From contig NZ_CP074694.1 of NCBI RefSeq assembly GCF_018398935.1, forward strand, positions 4,890,001 to 4,922,000: 32,000 nucleotides of DNA. Direction: 5' to 3'. Origin of the DNA: Telmatocola sphagniphila. Lineage in GTDB: Bacteria; Planctomycetota; Planctomycetia; Gemmatales; Gemmataceae. A program made the position numbers and the translations under genes. Below, piece after piece: positions 17,014-26,176 of this stretch. The notes under the pieces were generated by a model. The model made no database searches, was not told the origin of the DNA, and saw only the letters and a list, made by a program, of their open reading frames with translations. Within the stretch, counting starts at the first letter, position 1; every line of letters begins with the position of its first letter.

Positions 17014-19125
17014 ATGGCCAAAGGAAATATCGTGATCGATCTGACTAAACTCCGAAACATCGGCATTATCGCGCACATCGATGCCGGTAAGACCACCACC
17101 TCGGAGCACCTGCTCTACTACGCCGGCGTAAAGCACAAGCTCGGCGCCGTCGATTCCGGCAATACGGAAACCGATTACGACCCCGAAGAGCAGGAACGGG
17201 GCATCACCATCTACAGCGCCTGCATTCCCTTCACCTGGAAAGGGTACACGATCAACTTGATCGATACCCCTGGCCACGTCGATTTCACGGCCGAGGTCGA
17301 GCGCAGCCTGCGCGTGCTGGACGGGGCCATCTGCGTGTTCGATGCCCAAAAAGGGGTAGAAGCGCAGTCGGAAACCGTCTGGCGGCAGGCCAACAAATAC
17401 GGCGTTCCCCGGCTGGTTTTCATCAACAAAATGGACGTGGTAGGGGCCAACTTCGAAAAAGCCGTCGGCGAAGTGCGCGAACGACTCGAAGGGAATCCCG
17501 TTCCCATTTCGATTCCCATGGGTGCGGGCAGCAGCAAGGATAGTCACGATCCATTCAAAGGGATCATCGATCTGCTGCAAATGAAAGCGCTCTATTTCGA
17601 AGCAGCGGAACTCGGTAAATCGATGCGCGAGGCGGAAATCCCCGCCGAGTATCTGGAAGACGCGAAGAAATACCGCGAACAGATGTTCGATGCCCTGACG
17701 GCCCACGACGAAAAAGACCTGATCACCTCCGCCGTGCTCGAAAGTCACGACGCCGATCTGAACAAAATCCGCGAGCTGATTAGGGAACTGACGATCAAAG
17801 GAACCATCCACCCTGTGATGTGCGGCTCGGGTCGCGAGCATATTGGCATTCAACCGCTTTTGGATGGTATCTGCTTCTATCTTCCCAGTCCGCTGGATCG
17901 GCCGCCGGTCGCCGGCACCAATCCCAAAAAGGATGGGAAAGAGGAAAAGCGGAAACCCGATCCCAAGGAACCTTTCGCGGGTCTGGTCTTCAAATTCATC
18001 GGCTCCGATCATGGCGGGTTATTCTTCATCCGCATCTATTCCGGAACGCTCAAACCCAATAGCCGGGTGCTCAATCCGGGTCGCGATTCCAAGGAAGTCA
18101 TCGGCAAAATCTTCCATGTGCACGCCGACCCGAAAGCGGAACGGGAAGATCTGCCCGAGGCCTACGCCGGGGATATTGTCGCCACCATTGGCCTGAAAGA
18201 AGCCGTCACTGGCGATACCCTCTGCGAAACGCAGCACCCGATTCTTCTGGAAAAAATCGTTTTTGCCGAGGCCGTGGTCAGCCAGTCGATCGAACCCGAC
18301 TCGAACGCCGATAAAGACAAGATGATCGAATGTCTGAAGATGCTGGAGCGTGAAGACCCAACTTTCATCTGTCAGCTGAACAAAGAGACCGGGCAGCTGA
18401 CCATGAGCGGCATGGGCACCCTGCACCTGGAAGTGAAGCGGCATCGCCTGGAACGGGATTTCCGTTTGAAAGTGCGCGTGCGGCCGCCGCGCGTCAGCTA
18501 TCGGGAGACAATTCGCAACAACAAGACGGTCACCGGGGAATGCGTGCGCCAGGCAGGCGCCTCGCAGCTGTTCGCTAAACTGACCGTCAGCTTCGAATCC
18601 CGAGTTGGAAAAGAACCGACCGGGATTACCAACAAACTCAAGCCGAACGATCTGCCCGCTCCATTGATGGCGGCCGCAGAACGGGGTTTGAAGAGTGCGC
18701 TCCAGTCGGGGGAACTCGGGTTTCCATTGCTGAACGTGCATGGCACGATCATCAGTGCTCAAATGGATCAGGAAACTTCCAATGAAGTCGCTTTCGAAGC
18801 AGCGGCGGCCGATGCCGTGGCCCGGGCTCTGAAGGATAACATCATCCTGATGGAGCCGATCATGAAGCTGAACGTAACGGTACCCGATGAGTTCATGGGC
18901 AACGTCATCGGCGACCTGATGAGCCGGCGCGCGGAAATCGATCGGCAGGATTCGAACGGGCGAATTTCCATTATCGATGCCCGGGTACCCCTGGCGAAGA
19001 TGTTCGACTATGCGGACAAGGTTCGCAGCCTGACGCAAGGCCGGGCGGGCAGCACCATGGAGCCGTTCAGCTATGCGGCCGCTCCAGACGAAGTGCTGCG
19101 CTCCTTCATCGATCCGGAATATTAG
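17014..19125 (+). CDS. fusA: Elongation factor G family GTPase (stand-alone, probably an EF-G paralog)
   Basis: G1 [9 protein letters not shown], G2 region EQERGITI, G3 DTPGHVDF, G4 NKMD. Full five-domain length (703 aa). It is not next to rpsL/rpsG/tuf, and the effector region is divergent ([29 protein letters not shown]). Confidence 0.9.
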   Translation: [703 protein letters not shown]

Positions 19126-19946
19126 ACCAGGCCTTCGTACATCTCCGGCCGACGCCAGTTGACGCGGTCGATTTCGTACTCGCCGACGCAGTGAACCACT
19201 TTTTTGCGGCGGGCAGCTTCCGGGTCGATATCGGCGATGATCATCGCCTCCCGATCGTGCTCGGCAAAGGCAAGAAACTCCCCGTTGAAATCGGTAATCG
19301 AACTGTAGCCGATGTAGTGGAAGCCGGTTTCGTTGCCGATGCGATTCACGGCCATGTAGTAAATGTGATTTTCGAACGCCCGCACCCGAGCCACCAGTGT
19401 GGCATTCTTGATCGCCTTATCGGCCCAATTCGTCGGCTGCAGCACCAAATCCGCGCCCTTCAAAGTCATCAAGCGGACCGATTCGGGAAAGCTGTTGTCG
19501 AAGCAGATGCCGATGCCGATCTTCAAGCCGCCCAGGTCGTAGACTTCAAACGGCCGGTCACCTTTATCCAGAAAGCGATCGATGCCGATACAGGGCATGT
19601 GAATTTTGCGGAAGCCCGCCACCAGTCCTTTCGGTCCGACGATGGCCGCCGCGTTGAACAATTTGTCACCCGCAGACTCGATGAGCCCAAACACAACAAA
19701 AGTGTCGGTTTCCTGGCAAACCTGGGTCATCGCTTGCGTAGCCGGGCCGGGCAGAGGCTCAGCCACTTCTTTCGCGGCGACCCGATCCGTCAAGCCATAG
19801 CCCGTCAAAGCACATTCGGGAAAGACGATCAGCCGGGCGCCTTGCGCGGCGGCCTGTCGAACCTGGGCAATCATGAAATCCAGATTCGCCTGCTTGGCCC
19901 CGAGTTGGCAATCGAACTGTACGCCCGCGATTCGCCAGATGGACAT
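19122..19946 (-). CDS. Carbon-nitrogen hydrolase (nitrilase superfamily)
   Basis: Glu-Lys-Cys triad contexts: VFPECALTGY, FRKIHM, GIGICFDNSFPE. I chose the ATG at 19946 (MSIWRIAGVQ) because GGAG lies 7 nt upstream. Its stop overlaps the EF-G stop (ttag at 19122-19125). Confidence 0.85.
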   Translation of the reverse strand: MSIWRIAGVQFDCQLGAKQANLDFMIAQVRQAAAQGARLIVFPECALTGYGLTDRVAAKEVAEPLPGPATQAMTQVCQETDTFVVFGLIESAGDKLFNAAAIVGPKGLVAGFRKIHMPCIGIDRFLDKGDRPFEVYDLGGLKIGIGICFDNSFPESVRLMTLKGADLVLQPTNWADKAIKNATLVARVRAFENHIYYMAVNRIGNETGFHYIGYSSITDFNGEFLAFAEHDREAMIIADIDPEAARRKKVVHCVGEYEIDRVNWRRPEMYEGLV

Positions 19947-20125
19947 GAAAGGCTCCAATATCAGAGAGTAATATCTCAACCGCTGCTATTGTCGATCCTT
20001 CAGACCGAATCTTCAATGGCTCTGTGTCGCTCGGGCGCTGGCATATTGAGGTCTTCCGCCTTATAATGCCGGTCTTCGGACTATGCCCGAACTGTTGAGT
20101 TTCGAAGAATTTATTGAGGTTTACG

Positions 20126-20701
20126 ATGGAATATGTTTATCCGGTGATCACCGGTTTGCTGGGTTTGGTAATTGGCGTCGTGGTTGCAGGCATCAAGAAA
20201 AAATCCCCTTTTGCCAATAAGCAGCAGGAAGAACTGGGTTTAAAAGTTGCCACCAAGGCCAGTAGCGATCTCGAATTCGCCCGGCGGCTCGATGCCTTAT
20301 TTTTGCCACCGCCGCCCCCAAAACCGAGCGGAGAACCGGTCAGGCTCCTCGGCTTATTGCAACGGGAAGCTCGATTGATCGATTTTCTCATGGAACCCAT
20401 TGGAGCCTACACGGACGATCAAATCGGAGCCTCGGTACGGGATATTCACGCCAAAGCAGGCGCAGTGATTCGCAAGCATCTGACACTGGATCCCGTTCTG
20501 CCGCAAACCGAAGGGGATAAAGTCACGGTGCCCAGCGGCTTCGATCCGAGTGCCATTCGGTTAGTGGGCAATGTAGGAGGAAAACCCCCCTTCACCGGCA
20601 CACTGCAGCACGCCGGCTGGAAGGTGAAGAAGATCGATCTGCCCAAACCGGCCGATGGAGTCGATGAATTCGTGTTGATGCCGGCCGAGGTGGAGATGTA
20701 A
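20126..20701 (+). CDS. DUF2760-like protein with N-terminal TM helix
   Basis: TM helix VYPVITGLLGLVIGVVVAGI, then LLGLLQREARLIDFLMEPIGAYTDDQIGASVRDIH...GFDPSAIRLVGNVGGKPPFTGTLQHAGWKV. This matches my memory of the DUF2760 core. ATG at 20126 (the TTG at 20114 is the track start). Confidence 0.55.
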   Translation: MEYVYPVITGLLGLVIGVVVAGIKKKSPFANKQQEELGLKVATKASSDLEFARRLDALFLPPPPPKPSGEPVRLLGLLQREARLIDFLMEPIGAYTDDQIGASVRDIHAKAGAVIRKHLTLDPVLPQTEGDKVTVPSGFDPSAIRLVGNVGGKPPFTGTLQHAGWKVKKIDLPKPADGVDEFVLMPAEVEM

Positions 20702-20708
20702 TAGATCC

Positions 20709-21815
20709 ATGCGGATTGAAGCAACCGATCGAAGAGCCTTTTCTCGTAAAGATTACATCGCCCTGGTAATCATCTGCCTGGTACTTGCCGGTCTGTTGCT
20801 TCCGAAGCTGCTGAGAATAAAAGATTACTCTGAACGAACTCAATCGAAGAACAATCTGAAATCAATTTTACTGGCGGTATGCAGTTACGAAGCCGCCTAC
20901 AGCAAACTCCCTCCTTTGATGGGGGGCGGTTCCACCAGTAATTCTCCCACTCAAGACTTTCACATTGCGGGCGGTTCGCTTCGAGAATCTAAAATCGTTG
21001 GTCCTCTGCACATTATGATTCTGCCGTACTTGGAAGATAGTCCGCTTTATGCGAGTATGGCTACTCACGACGCGAGCGGTTTGACCATCCCCTCCACCAT
21101 TTTCGATGGGAAGCCGGCCTTTCAATACGTCATTAAATCCTATGTCAACCCGTTGGATCCCAGCCAAAAGCTGGGACTGGATGAAAAAGGGCGTGGGGTC
21201 TGCAGCTATGCCGCCAACGCGCAACTGTTCGCCAGCACGAACAAATCGGGATTAATAACCGAAGAATTAACCGGCAACAGCAATCAGTTTGATCGCGGCT
21301 TAGCTCTCGATAAAATTCCGGATGGTAGTTCGCACACGATTGCCTTTTCGGAAAAATTCGGCAGCTGCGGCAACGGCGGAAGCCTCTGGTCCGCGGGGAT
21401 ATTGGAAAAGGACAAGATCTACAAAGAGGTCCCCGCCAACACCGCGAAAGACTACAGCTCCAAGATCTCTAATGAATCTAAAGACGACAGATACTACTGG
21501 CCCGTCTTTGGTCTAGGCGGAGGTGCCAGTTTACCTCCCGCAGTTTATGGTGCCAACCCGGCCTCCAATCCCGCTAGCCGCGTAATCTTTCAAGTACAGC
21601 CCGATTTTCAAATGCATCAAGGCTTCAATGATCAGATCAACAAGCAGGGATGTGATGCTTTCCGAGCGAATAGTACTGGTTCAAGTCAAATTATTGTCGG
21701 CATGGCGGACGGTTCCGTTCTTTCTCTTCGGATCGATATCGATCCTCAAATCTGGTTCTATGCGATCTATCCCGACGACGGGACGAATTGGCAACCGGAG
21801 AGTCTTGCACCTTGA
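20709..21815 (+). CDS. Degenerate DUF1559-like protein lacking the prepilin cleavage motif and the H of H-X9-DG
   Basis: It keeps the DUF1559 head logic (hydrophobic helix, LLLPKLLRIKDYSERTQSKNNLKSILLAVCSYEAAYSKLPP) and the tail GMADGSVLSL. It has no G-F-T-L-I-E leader and no His 10 residues before the DG. Confidence 0.65.
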   Translation: MRIEATDRRAFSRKDYIALVIICLVLAGLLLPKLLRIKDYSERTQSKNNLKSILLAVCSYEAAYSKLPPLMGGGSTSNSPTQDFHIAGGSLRESKIVGPLHIMILPYLEDSPLYASMATHDASGLTIPSTIFDGKPAFQYVIKSYVNPLDPSQKLGLDEKGRGVCSYAANAQLFASTNKSGLITEELTGNSNQFDRGLALDKIPDGSSHTIAFSEKFGSCGNGGSLWSAGILEKDKIYKEVPANTAKDYSSKISNESKDDRYYWPVFGLGGGASLPPAVYGANPASNPASRVIFQVQPDFQMHQGFNDQINKQGCDAFRANSTGSSQIIVGMADGSVLSLRIDIDPQIWFYAIYPDDGTNWQPESLAP

Positions 21816-21827
21816 TCCGGCTTGGAT

Positions 21828-21854
21828 TTCGATTTTTCGAAAAATCGAATTTTA
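21828..21854 (+). terminator. AT-rich perfect palindrome plus T-run after the DUF1559-like gene
   Basis: A 22-nt perfect palindrome ttcgatttttcgaaaaatcgaa (21828-21849) followed by tttta, 13 nt after the stop at 21815. Confidence 0.5.
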
Positions 21855-21944
21855 CCCTTGAGTCCTCCGGCGGGACTTGGGAATCTGAGATAAGCTTTCG
21901 TGGAAATCCATCATAGCATATCGCCCGCCAGGTAGTTAGGGACT

Positions 21945-22523
21945 ATGAGTTCAAAATTTCTTGTCGGCGCCATCGTCCTGGGAATCTGGGGAGCGGCGGC
22001 CATCCTCTGGGTGCTGAAATCGGATAAACCCGCGCCGAACGCTCTGGTGGCCACCCAACCAGAAGAAGTCGTAGCGACCCCGGAGCCGGTGGTTGTCGAG
22101 CCGATTCAAATCAAAGTCGTCAATTACAAAAAGGCCGAAAAAGCCAAGGGAAACGGTTCCAAGAAGACGGGAATCCGGCCCCCCAAAATTGTGAACTTCG
22201 ATATGAAGGTCATCAATACTTCGTTAGAACCGCAAACGATAAGCGTCATGACGGAAGGGTTCTTCGAGCAGTGGCAAACCAATAATCCCGAAGTGTGGAT
22301 TTTGAGCAGCCAGTTCTCGGCCGACAAAGCGTTGACCAAGACCCTGAAGCCCGGCGAAGCTTATGAGAAGGAGATCCAGCTGGTGGTACCCTACTACGAT
22401 CCGCAGAAGGACCGCAAAGAGATCGTCTTCAAGCTCGGCTTCACCTCGATCGGCGGCAGCAAAACCTACTGGAGTAACGACATTAAGTTTCCGCTGGAAG
22501 AACCCGTTAAACGTTCCAAGTAA
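21945..22523 (+). CDS. Hypothetical membrane-anchored protein
   Basis: An N-terminal TM helix FLVGAIVLGIWGAAAILWVL followed by a beta-rich-looking soluble domain. I recognise no family. The codon usage is consistent with the neighbours. Confidence 0.5.
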   Translation: MSSKFLVGAIVLGIWGAAAILWVLKSDKPAPNALVATQPEEVVATPEPVVVEPIQIKVVNYKKAEKAKGNGSKKTGIRPPKIVNFDMKVINTSLEPQTISVMTEGFFEQWQTNNPEVWILSSQFSADKALTKTLKPGEAYEKEIQLVVPYYDPQKDRKEIVFKLGFTSIGGSKTYWSNDIKFPLEEPVKRSK

Positions 22524-22560
22524 AATCGAGTTCGCCCTTACTTAAGCCCAGAAAATCCCA

Positions 22561-23172
22561 ATGACACTACTATTCGCTTCAATTCTCGCTTGCGGTCTGT
22601 TTACTTTCGACGAACCCGCCCGGGCGGAGGTCAAGGAACCCAAGATTCGGGACGAAATTCTCTCGCGCGCCAAGAAGGAGCAGGAACTCCGTTTCAAGCT
22701 CATTAAAGTAGGCGGCTTGAAGCCGAGCCCCGAGGAAATTAAATCCTTGCAGGAAGTGGATACCGATAACCGAACCTGGATGAAAAATCTGATCGAGAAG
22801 CAGGGCTGGCCGGGGAAAACTTTAGTAGGTGAGGAAGCCGCGCATATGGCCTGGTTGATGGTTCAGCACGCCGACCCCGATTTGCCGTTCCAGAAGAAAT
22901 GCCTGGAGTTATTGAAGGCCGCCGTGAAACAAGGGGAGGCAACCGGAGCCGATCTCGCCTATCTCACGGATCGAGTGCTGGCCGCGGAGGGAAAGAAACA
23001 GCTCTACGGCACTCAATTGCAGCAGAAAGAGGGCAAGTTCATCCCGAAGCCCGTGGAAGATGAAGCGAATCTGGATGCCCGCCGAAAAGAGCTCGGCCTG
23101 CAGCCGATGGCCGAGTATCTGGAAGTGGCCACGAAGATGTTCAAGTTGAATGACAAGCCGGCCAAGAAGTGA
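22561..23172 (+). CDS. Hypothetical secreted protein (helical; WPG...AAHMAWLMVQHAD motif)
   Basis: Signal-like MTLLFASILACGLFTFDEPARA. The rest is conserved-looking helical content. I cannot name the family with confidence. Confidence 0.5.
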   Translation: MTLLFASILACGLFTFDEPARAEVKEPKIRDEILSRAKKEQELRFKLIKVGGLKPSPEEIKSLQEVDTDNRTWMKNLIEKQGWPGKTLVGEEAAHMAWLMVQHADPDLPFQKKCLELLKAAVKQGEATGADLAYLTDRVLAAEGKKQLYGTQLQQKEGKFIPKPVEDEANLDARRKELGLQPMAEYLEVATKMFKLNDKPAKK

Positions 23173-23215
23173 TTGGCATGTTTCACTCCAATTCCGACGC
23201 AGCTTTAATGGCCCA

Positions 23216-23300
23216 TTAGCGACGCATCGTTAGATGCGTCCGCTTTACGTATCGTTGTTCGCGGCGACTGTGATTTAACGCATCTGCGATGCGTCGCTAA
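23216..23300. repeat. 85-nt composite inverted repeat (two nested hairpins) between convergent genes
   Basis: ttagcgacgcatc (23216-23228) is the exact reverse complement of gatgcgtcgctaa (23288-23300). Each arm also folds locally: gacgcatc-gtta-gatgcgtc (23221-23240) and acgcatc-tgc-gatgcgt (23278-23294). No T-tract follows either hairpin. Confidence 0.7.
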
Positions 23301-23310
23301 CGAATATCTC

Positions 23311-25437
23311 CTATTTCCCGCCCAGCGACCACAGAAAGTGCTGGCTGCGGACAATCAGGGCTCCATTGGAAATCGCCGGGGTGGCCATCACGAAATCGTC
23401 GAGCGGATTCACCGCCAGCAATTCAAATTCTTTGCCCGCTTTCACCACCCGAATCTCCCCCTGTTCCGAACAGAAATAAAGCCGGCCATCGGCCGCCACC
23501 GGGGAGGCGGTGTAACTGATGCCTCCCATCCGCTCCTTATACATTTCTTTACCGGTCGCCGCTTCATAGCACGCCAGCACACCCGAGTTGGAACAGGTGT
23601 AGAAATAATCCTTGTAGAGAATCGGCGTGGGCATGTACGGCCCGCCGCGCATCTTGCTCCAGATAATCGAGGCATTGGTTTCCTCTTTATCCTTCAATGA
23701 AATATCGCCGGCAGCGCCCGCTTTGATCGCGATAATCGGCTGGATCGGTCGATTGCCACTGCTGATATAAACCACATCTTTTCCGACCACCGGCGCCGGG
23801 ATGGTCGCCTCCGATTTCTTGGCCAGACGCCAGAGTTCCGCACCCGTTTTGGGATCGTAGGCCCGGGCAAACTGCGAAGCGTTGGTGACGATTTCGGTAC
23901 GCTGGGAATTCTTCCAGATCACGGGGGAACTCCAGGACGGGATTTCATCGCGCGGCGTCGACCAGACCTTGGAACCATCTTCCAGACTGAATCCCGCTAT
24001 GAACGAATCATGACTCAAATCGCATTGCAGAATGCATAAGTTGTCGTGGATTACCGGAGAATTGGCGAACCCCCATTCGTATTCCTGATCGAGGGAGAAA
24101 CTGGAATCGAGCGTACTGAGATCGCGCTTCCAGAGGAGTTTGCCCTCGAAGTTGTAACAGTACAAACCTTCGGAGCCGAAGCAGGCCACGATATGGTTAC
24201 CATCCACGGCCGGGGTGCAGTTAGCCTGACTACCCTTCAGATGGCGCTTGATCTTGGGAACCCCTTCGTAGGCCGTGCGGGTCCAGAGAATTTCGCCACT
24301 ATCCCGATCGAGACAGAGGACCTGCCAGGTATGTTTCGACACGTCGTTGACAGAAGCGACATCGCCATAATTTCCAACGCGAATCTTGGGATCGGTCTGA
24401 CCGCTACTGACGGCCGTGGTAACGAAGACCCGATTGCCCCAAACGACTGGGCAGGAATGTCCCAGGCCCGGTATTGGTGTCTTCCAACGAACGTTCTCCC
24501 CCTTCTTGACATCCCAGGTGATCGGTGGGCTTTGCGTATCGGCCAGCCCCGTGCCGCTGGGTCCACGGAAGGAGGGCCAATTGAGAGCCGTGCTCACTTT
24601 AGCGGAGCCAACGGCCGGCGCTGGAGTCGCTTTCACCGTGGGAGCCTTGAAGCGATAGAGGTCGTAGGCCGCCGTGAAGTTGCGCATGGTGACTTTGGTA
24701 ACTTCGCCATCCTTCAATTCAAAAGTGTAACTGGAGGTGGGCACGCCCAACGGCTGAAAAGTGTTATTTCCGATCGGTTTGAGATAGCCGTTGGAGGCCG
24801 TCAAACCGGCCTCTTTCGCGGCGAAACTGATCTTGAAGCCTGCTTCGCTTTCGTACGTGCCCGCCAATTTTTCAAAAGCTTTTCGATCCGCTTCGGAAGC
24901 CGCCGGTAACGGCTTGGCTCCCGCTTTGGTCAGAATTTCTTTCAGTTCCTTATCGGTTCCCGTCGAAGCGCTAAACAGGCAGGCATCGAGAGTTTCCTGG
25001 CTCGGTTTGGTTAGAGCAAGAATGGCTTCCAGCATTTTCAGATTGCCGAAAACCGAAGCCGTGCGAAAAGCCGCGTCTGTATCCTTGGCGCCCGATTTGA
25101 TGAGAAATTCGGCCGCTTTCAGATGTCGCCCGGAAACCGCGGAACTCAGTGGAGTCTGATACCAGATCAGATCCCGACTGTTGACATCGGCGCCGCGCTT
25201 GACCAGTAACTCGATAACTTCCTGATTGCCTTTCCCGGCGGCAATCCAAAGAGCAGAGACGCCGTACTCGTTAACGGCGTTGACATCAACCCCTTTATCG
25301 AGTGCTGCCTGAATTTCTTTGAGCTTGTTACTTCGGACAGCGGCCCAGAGAGCTTCGCGCTGCGGATCCGCCGCCGAAAGCGACATACAGATCCCTAATA
25401 AACTCAGTAGACTCAAAAGAGGAATTCGATGCTTCAT
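23311..25437 (-). CDS. Secreted ankyrin-repeat + PQQ-like (BamB-type) beta-propeller protein
   Basis: Signal peptide [23 protein letters not shown]. Ankyrin repeats ([41 protein letters not shown]...). The C-terminal ~430 aa carry repeated W/G beta-propeller blades (WPSFRG, LWTR, LLWKR, ELWRL) as in PQQ-like repeat proteins. Confidence 0.8.
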   Translation of the reverse strand: MKHRIPLLSLLSLLGICMSLSAADPQREALWAAVRSNKLKEIQAALDKGVDVNAVNEYGVSALWIAAGKGNQEVIELLVKRGADVNSRDLIWYQTPLSSAVSGRHLKAAEFLIKSGAKDTDAAFRTASVFGNLKMLEAILALTKPSQETLDACLFSASTGTDKELKEILTKAGAKPLPAASEADRKAFEKLAGTYESEAGFKISFAAKEAGLTASNGYLKPIGNNTFQPLGVPTSSYTFELKDGEVTKVTMRNFTAAYDLYRFKAPTVKATPAPAVGSAKVSTALNWPSFRGPSGTGLADTQSPPITWDVKKGENVRWKTPIPGLGHSCPVVWGNRVFVTTAVSSGQTDPKIRVGNYGDVASVNDVSKHTWQVLCLDRDSGEILWTRTAYEGVPKIKRHLKGSQANCTPAVDGNHIVACFGSEGLYCYNFEGKLLWKRDLSTLDSSFSLDQEYEWGFANSPVIHDNLCILQCDLSHDSFIAGFSLEDGSKVWSTPRDEIPSWSSPVIWKNSQRTEIVTNASQFARAYDPKTGAELWRLAKKSEATIPAPVVGKDVVYISSGNRPIQPIIAIKAGAAGDISLKDKEETNASIIWSKMRGGPYMPTPILYKDYFYTCSNSGVLACYEAATGKEMYKERMGGISYTASPVAADGRLYFCSEQGEIRVVKAGKEFELLAVNPLDDFVMATPAISNGALIVRSQHFLWSLGGK

Positions 25438-25579
25438 TGTCTGGGTTCCTGAATGGGCAAAACCAGAGCCGGTAGCTGGTAACTTATTCGGGTAATCGCT
25501 CGGCCCCGGCTTTCATTTGAATTGTAAAGAAACGAAATGCAAACGAATTCCTATTTTCAAATTGGGAGGGAAGGCGACC

Positions 25580-26161
25580 ATGGATTATGAATTCATCGCG
25601 ATCCCCGATGCGGAAATTCCTCGGGCTAGGGAGCCGATCTTTCAACATCTTGTCAACAGTTACGTGAGTGAAGCCAACAAAACCGTGAGCATGTGGCGCG
25701 CCGTGCCCGATGATCTACTCGAGTACAAACCGCACGAAAAAACCAACAGCATCCGCACTATTCTGGTGCATCAGCTACTTTCGGAACGGCGCTTTTTCAA
25801 TCAATTTGTCGGCACGCGGGAGCCTGCCGTGGAAGAACTGCTCCCGGCGGGAGAAAAGCCCCTCGTACAGGCCTATCTCGAAAAATATCTCTGGCTGGTC
25901 CGGAATCGACTGCCGCAGTTAGCGGCCGGAACTTCAGAGTGGTGGCTGGAGAATCGTCCTTTTTTTGGCGGCCTGGAGCGCGAAAGGATATGGATCTTCT
26001 GGCGGCGGGTTCTGCACACCTGCCATCATCGAACGCAGGTGCAAAGCTGGCTACGCCTCGCCGGTCAGCACGTCCCGGCGATATACGGCCCTTCAGGCGA
26101 TGTGAAATGGGCAGAGGCCGATCCGACTTATTCTCTGGAAGCGGCCAAAAGAGGGGGCTAA
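25580..26161 (+). CDS. DinB-superfamily protein
   Basis: Four-helix-bundle His pattern (ILVHQLLSERRFF ... VLHTCHHRTQVQSWLRL). ATG at 25580 is preceded by GGGAGGGAAGG. The track start at 25517 is less likely. Confidence 0.65.
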   Translation: MDYEFIAIPDAEIPRAREPIFQHLVNSYVSEANKTVSMWRAVPDDLLEYKPHEKTNSIRTILVHQLLSERRFFNQFVGTREPAVEELLPAGEKPLVQAYLEKYLWLVRNRLPQLAAGTSEWWLENRPFFGGLERERIWIFWRRVLHTCHHRTQVQSWLRLAGQHVPAIYGPSGDVKWAEADPTYSLEAAKRGG

Positions 26162-26176
26162 TCGGGTTGAGCGGAT

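Noticed and set aside
16972-19038. Two long minus-strand ORFs (346 aa and 339 aa) antisense to the EF-G gene
   Set aside because: These are classic high-GC shadow ORFs. They are rich in R/G/F/H/D, have no recognisable motifs, and are fully nested opposite a gene with unambiguous GTPase motifs.
19191-20066. 291-aa plus-strand ORF antisense to the nitrilase-family gene
   Set aside because: This is a shadow ORF with an arginine- and glycine-rich, low-information translation. The opposite strand carries the Glu-Lys-Cys triad contexts.
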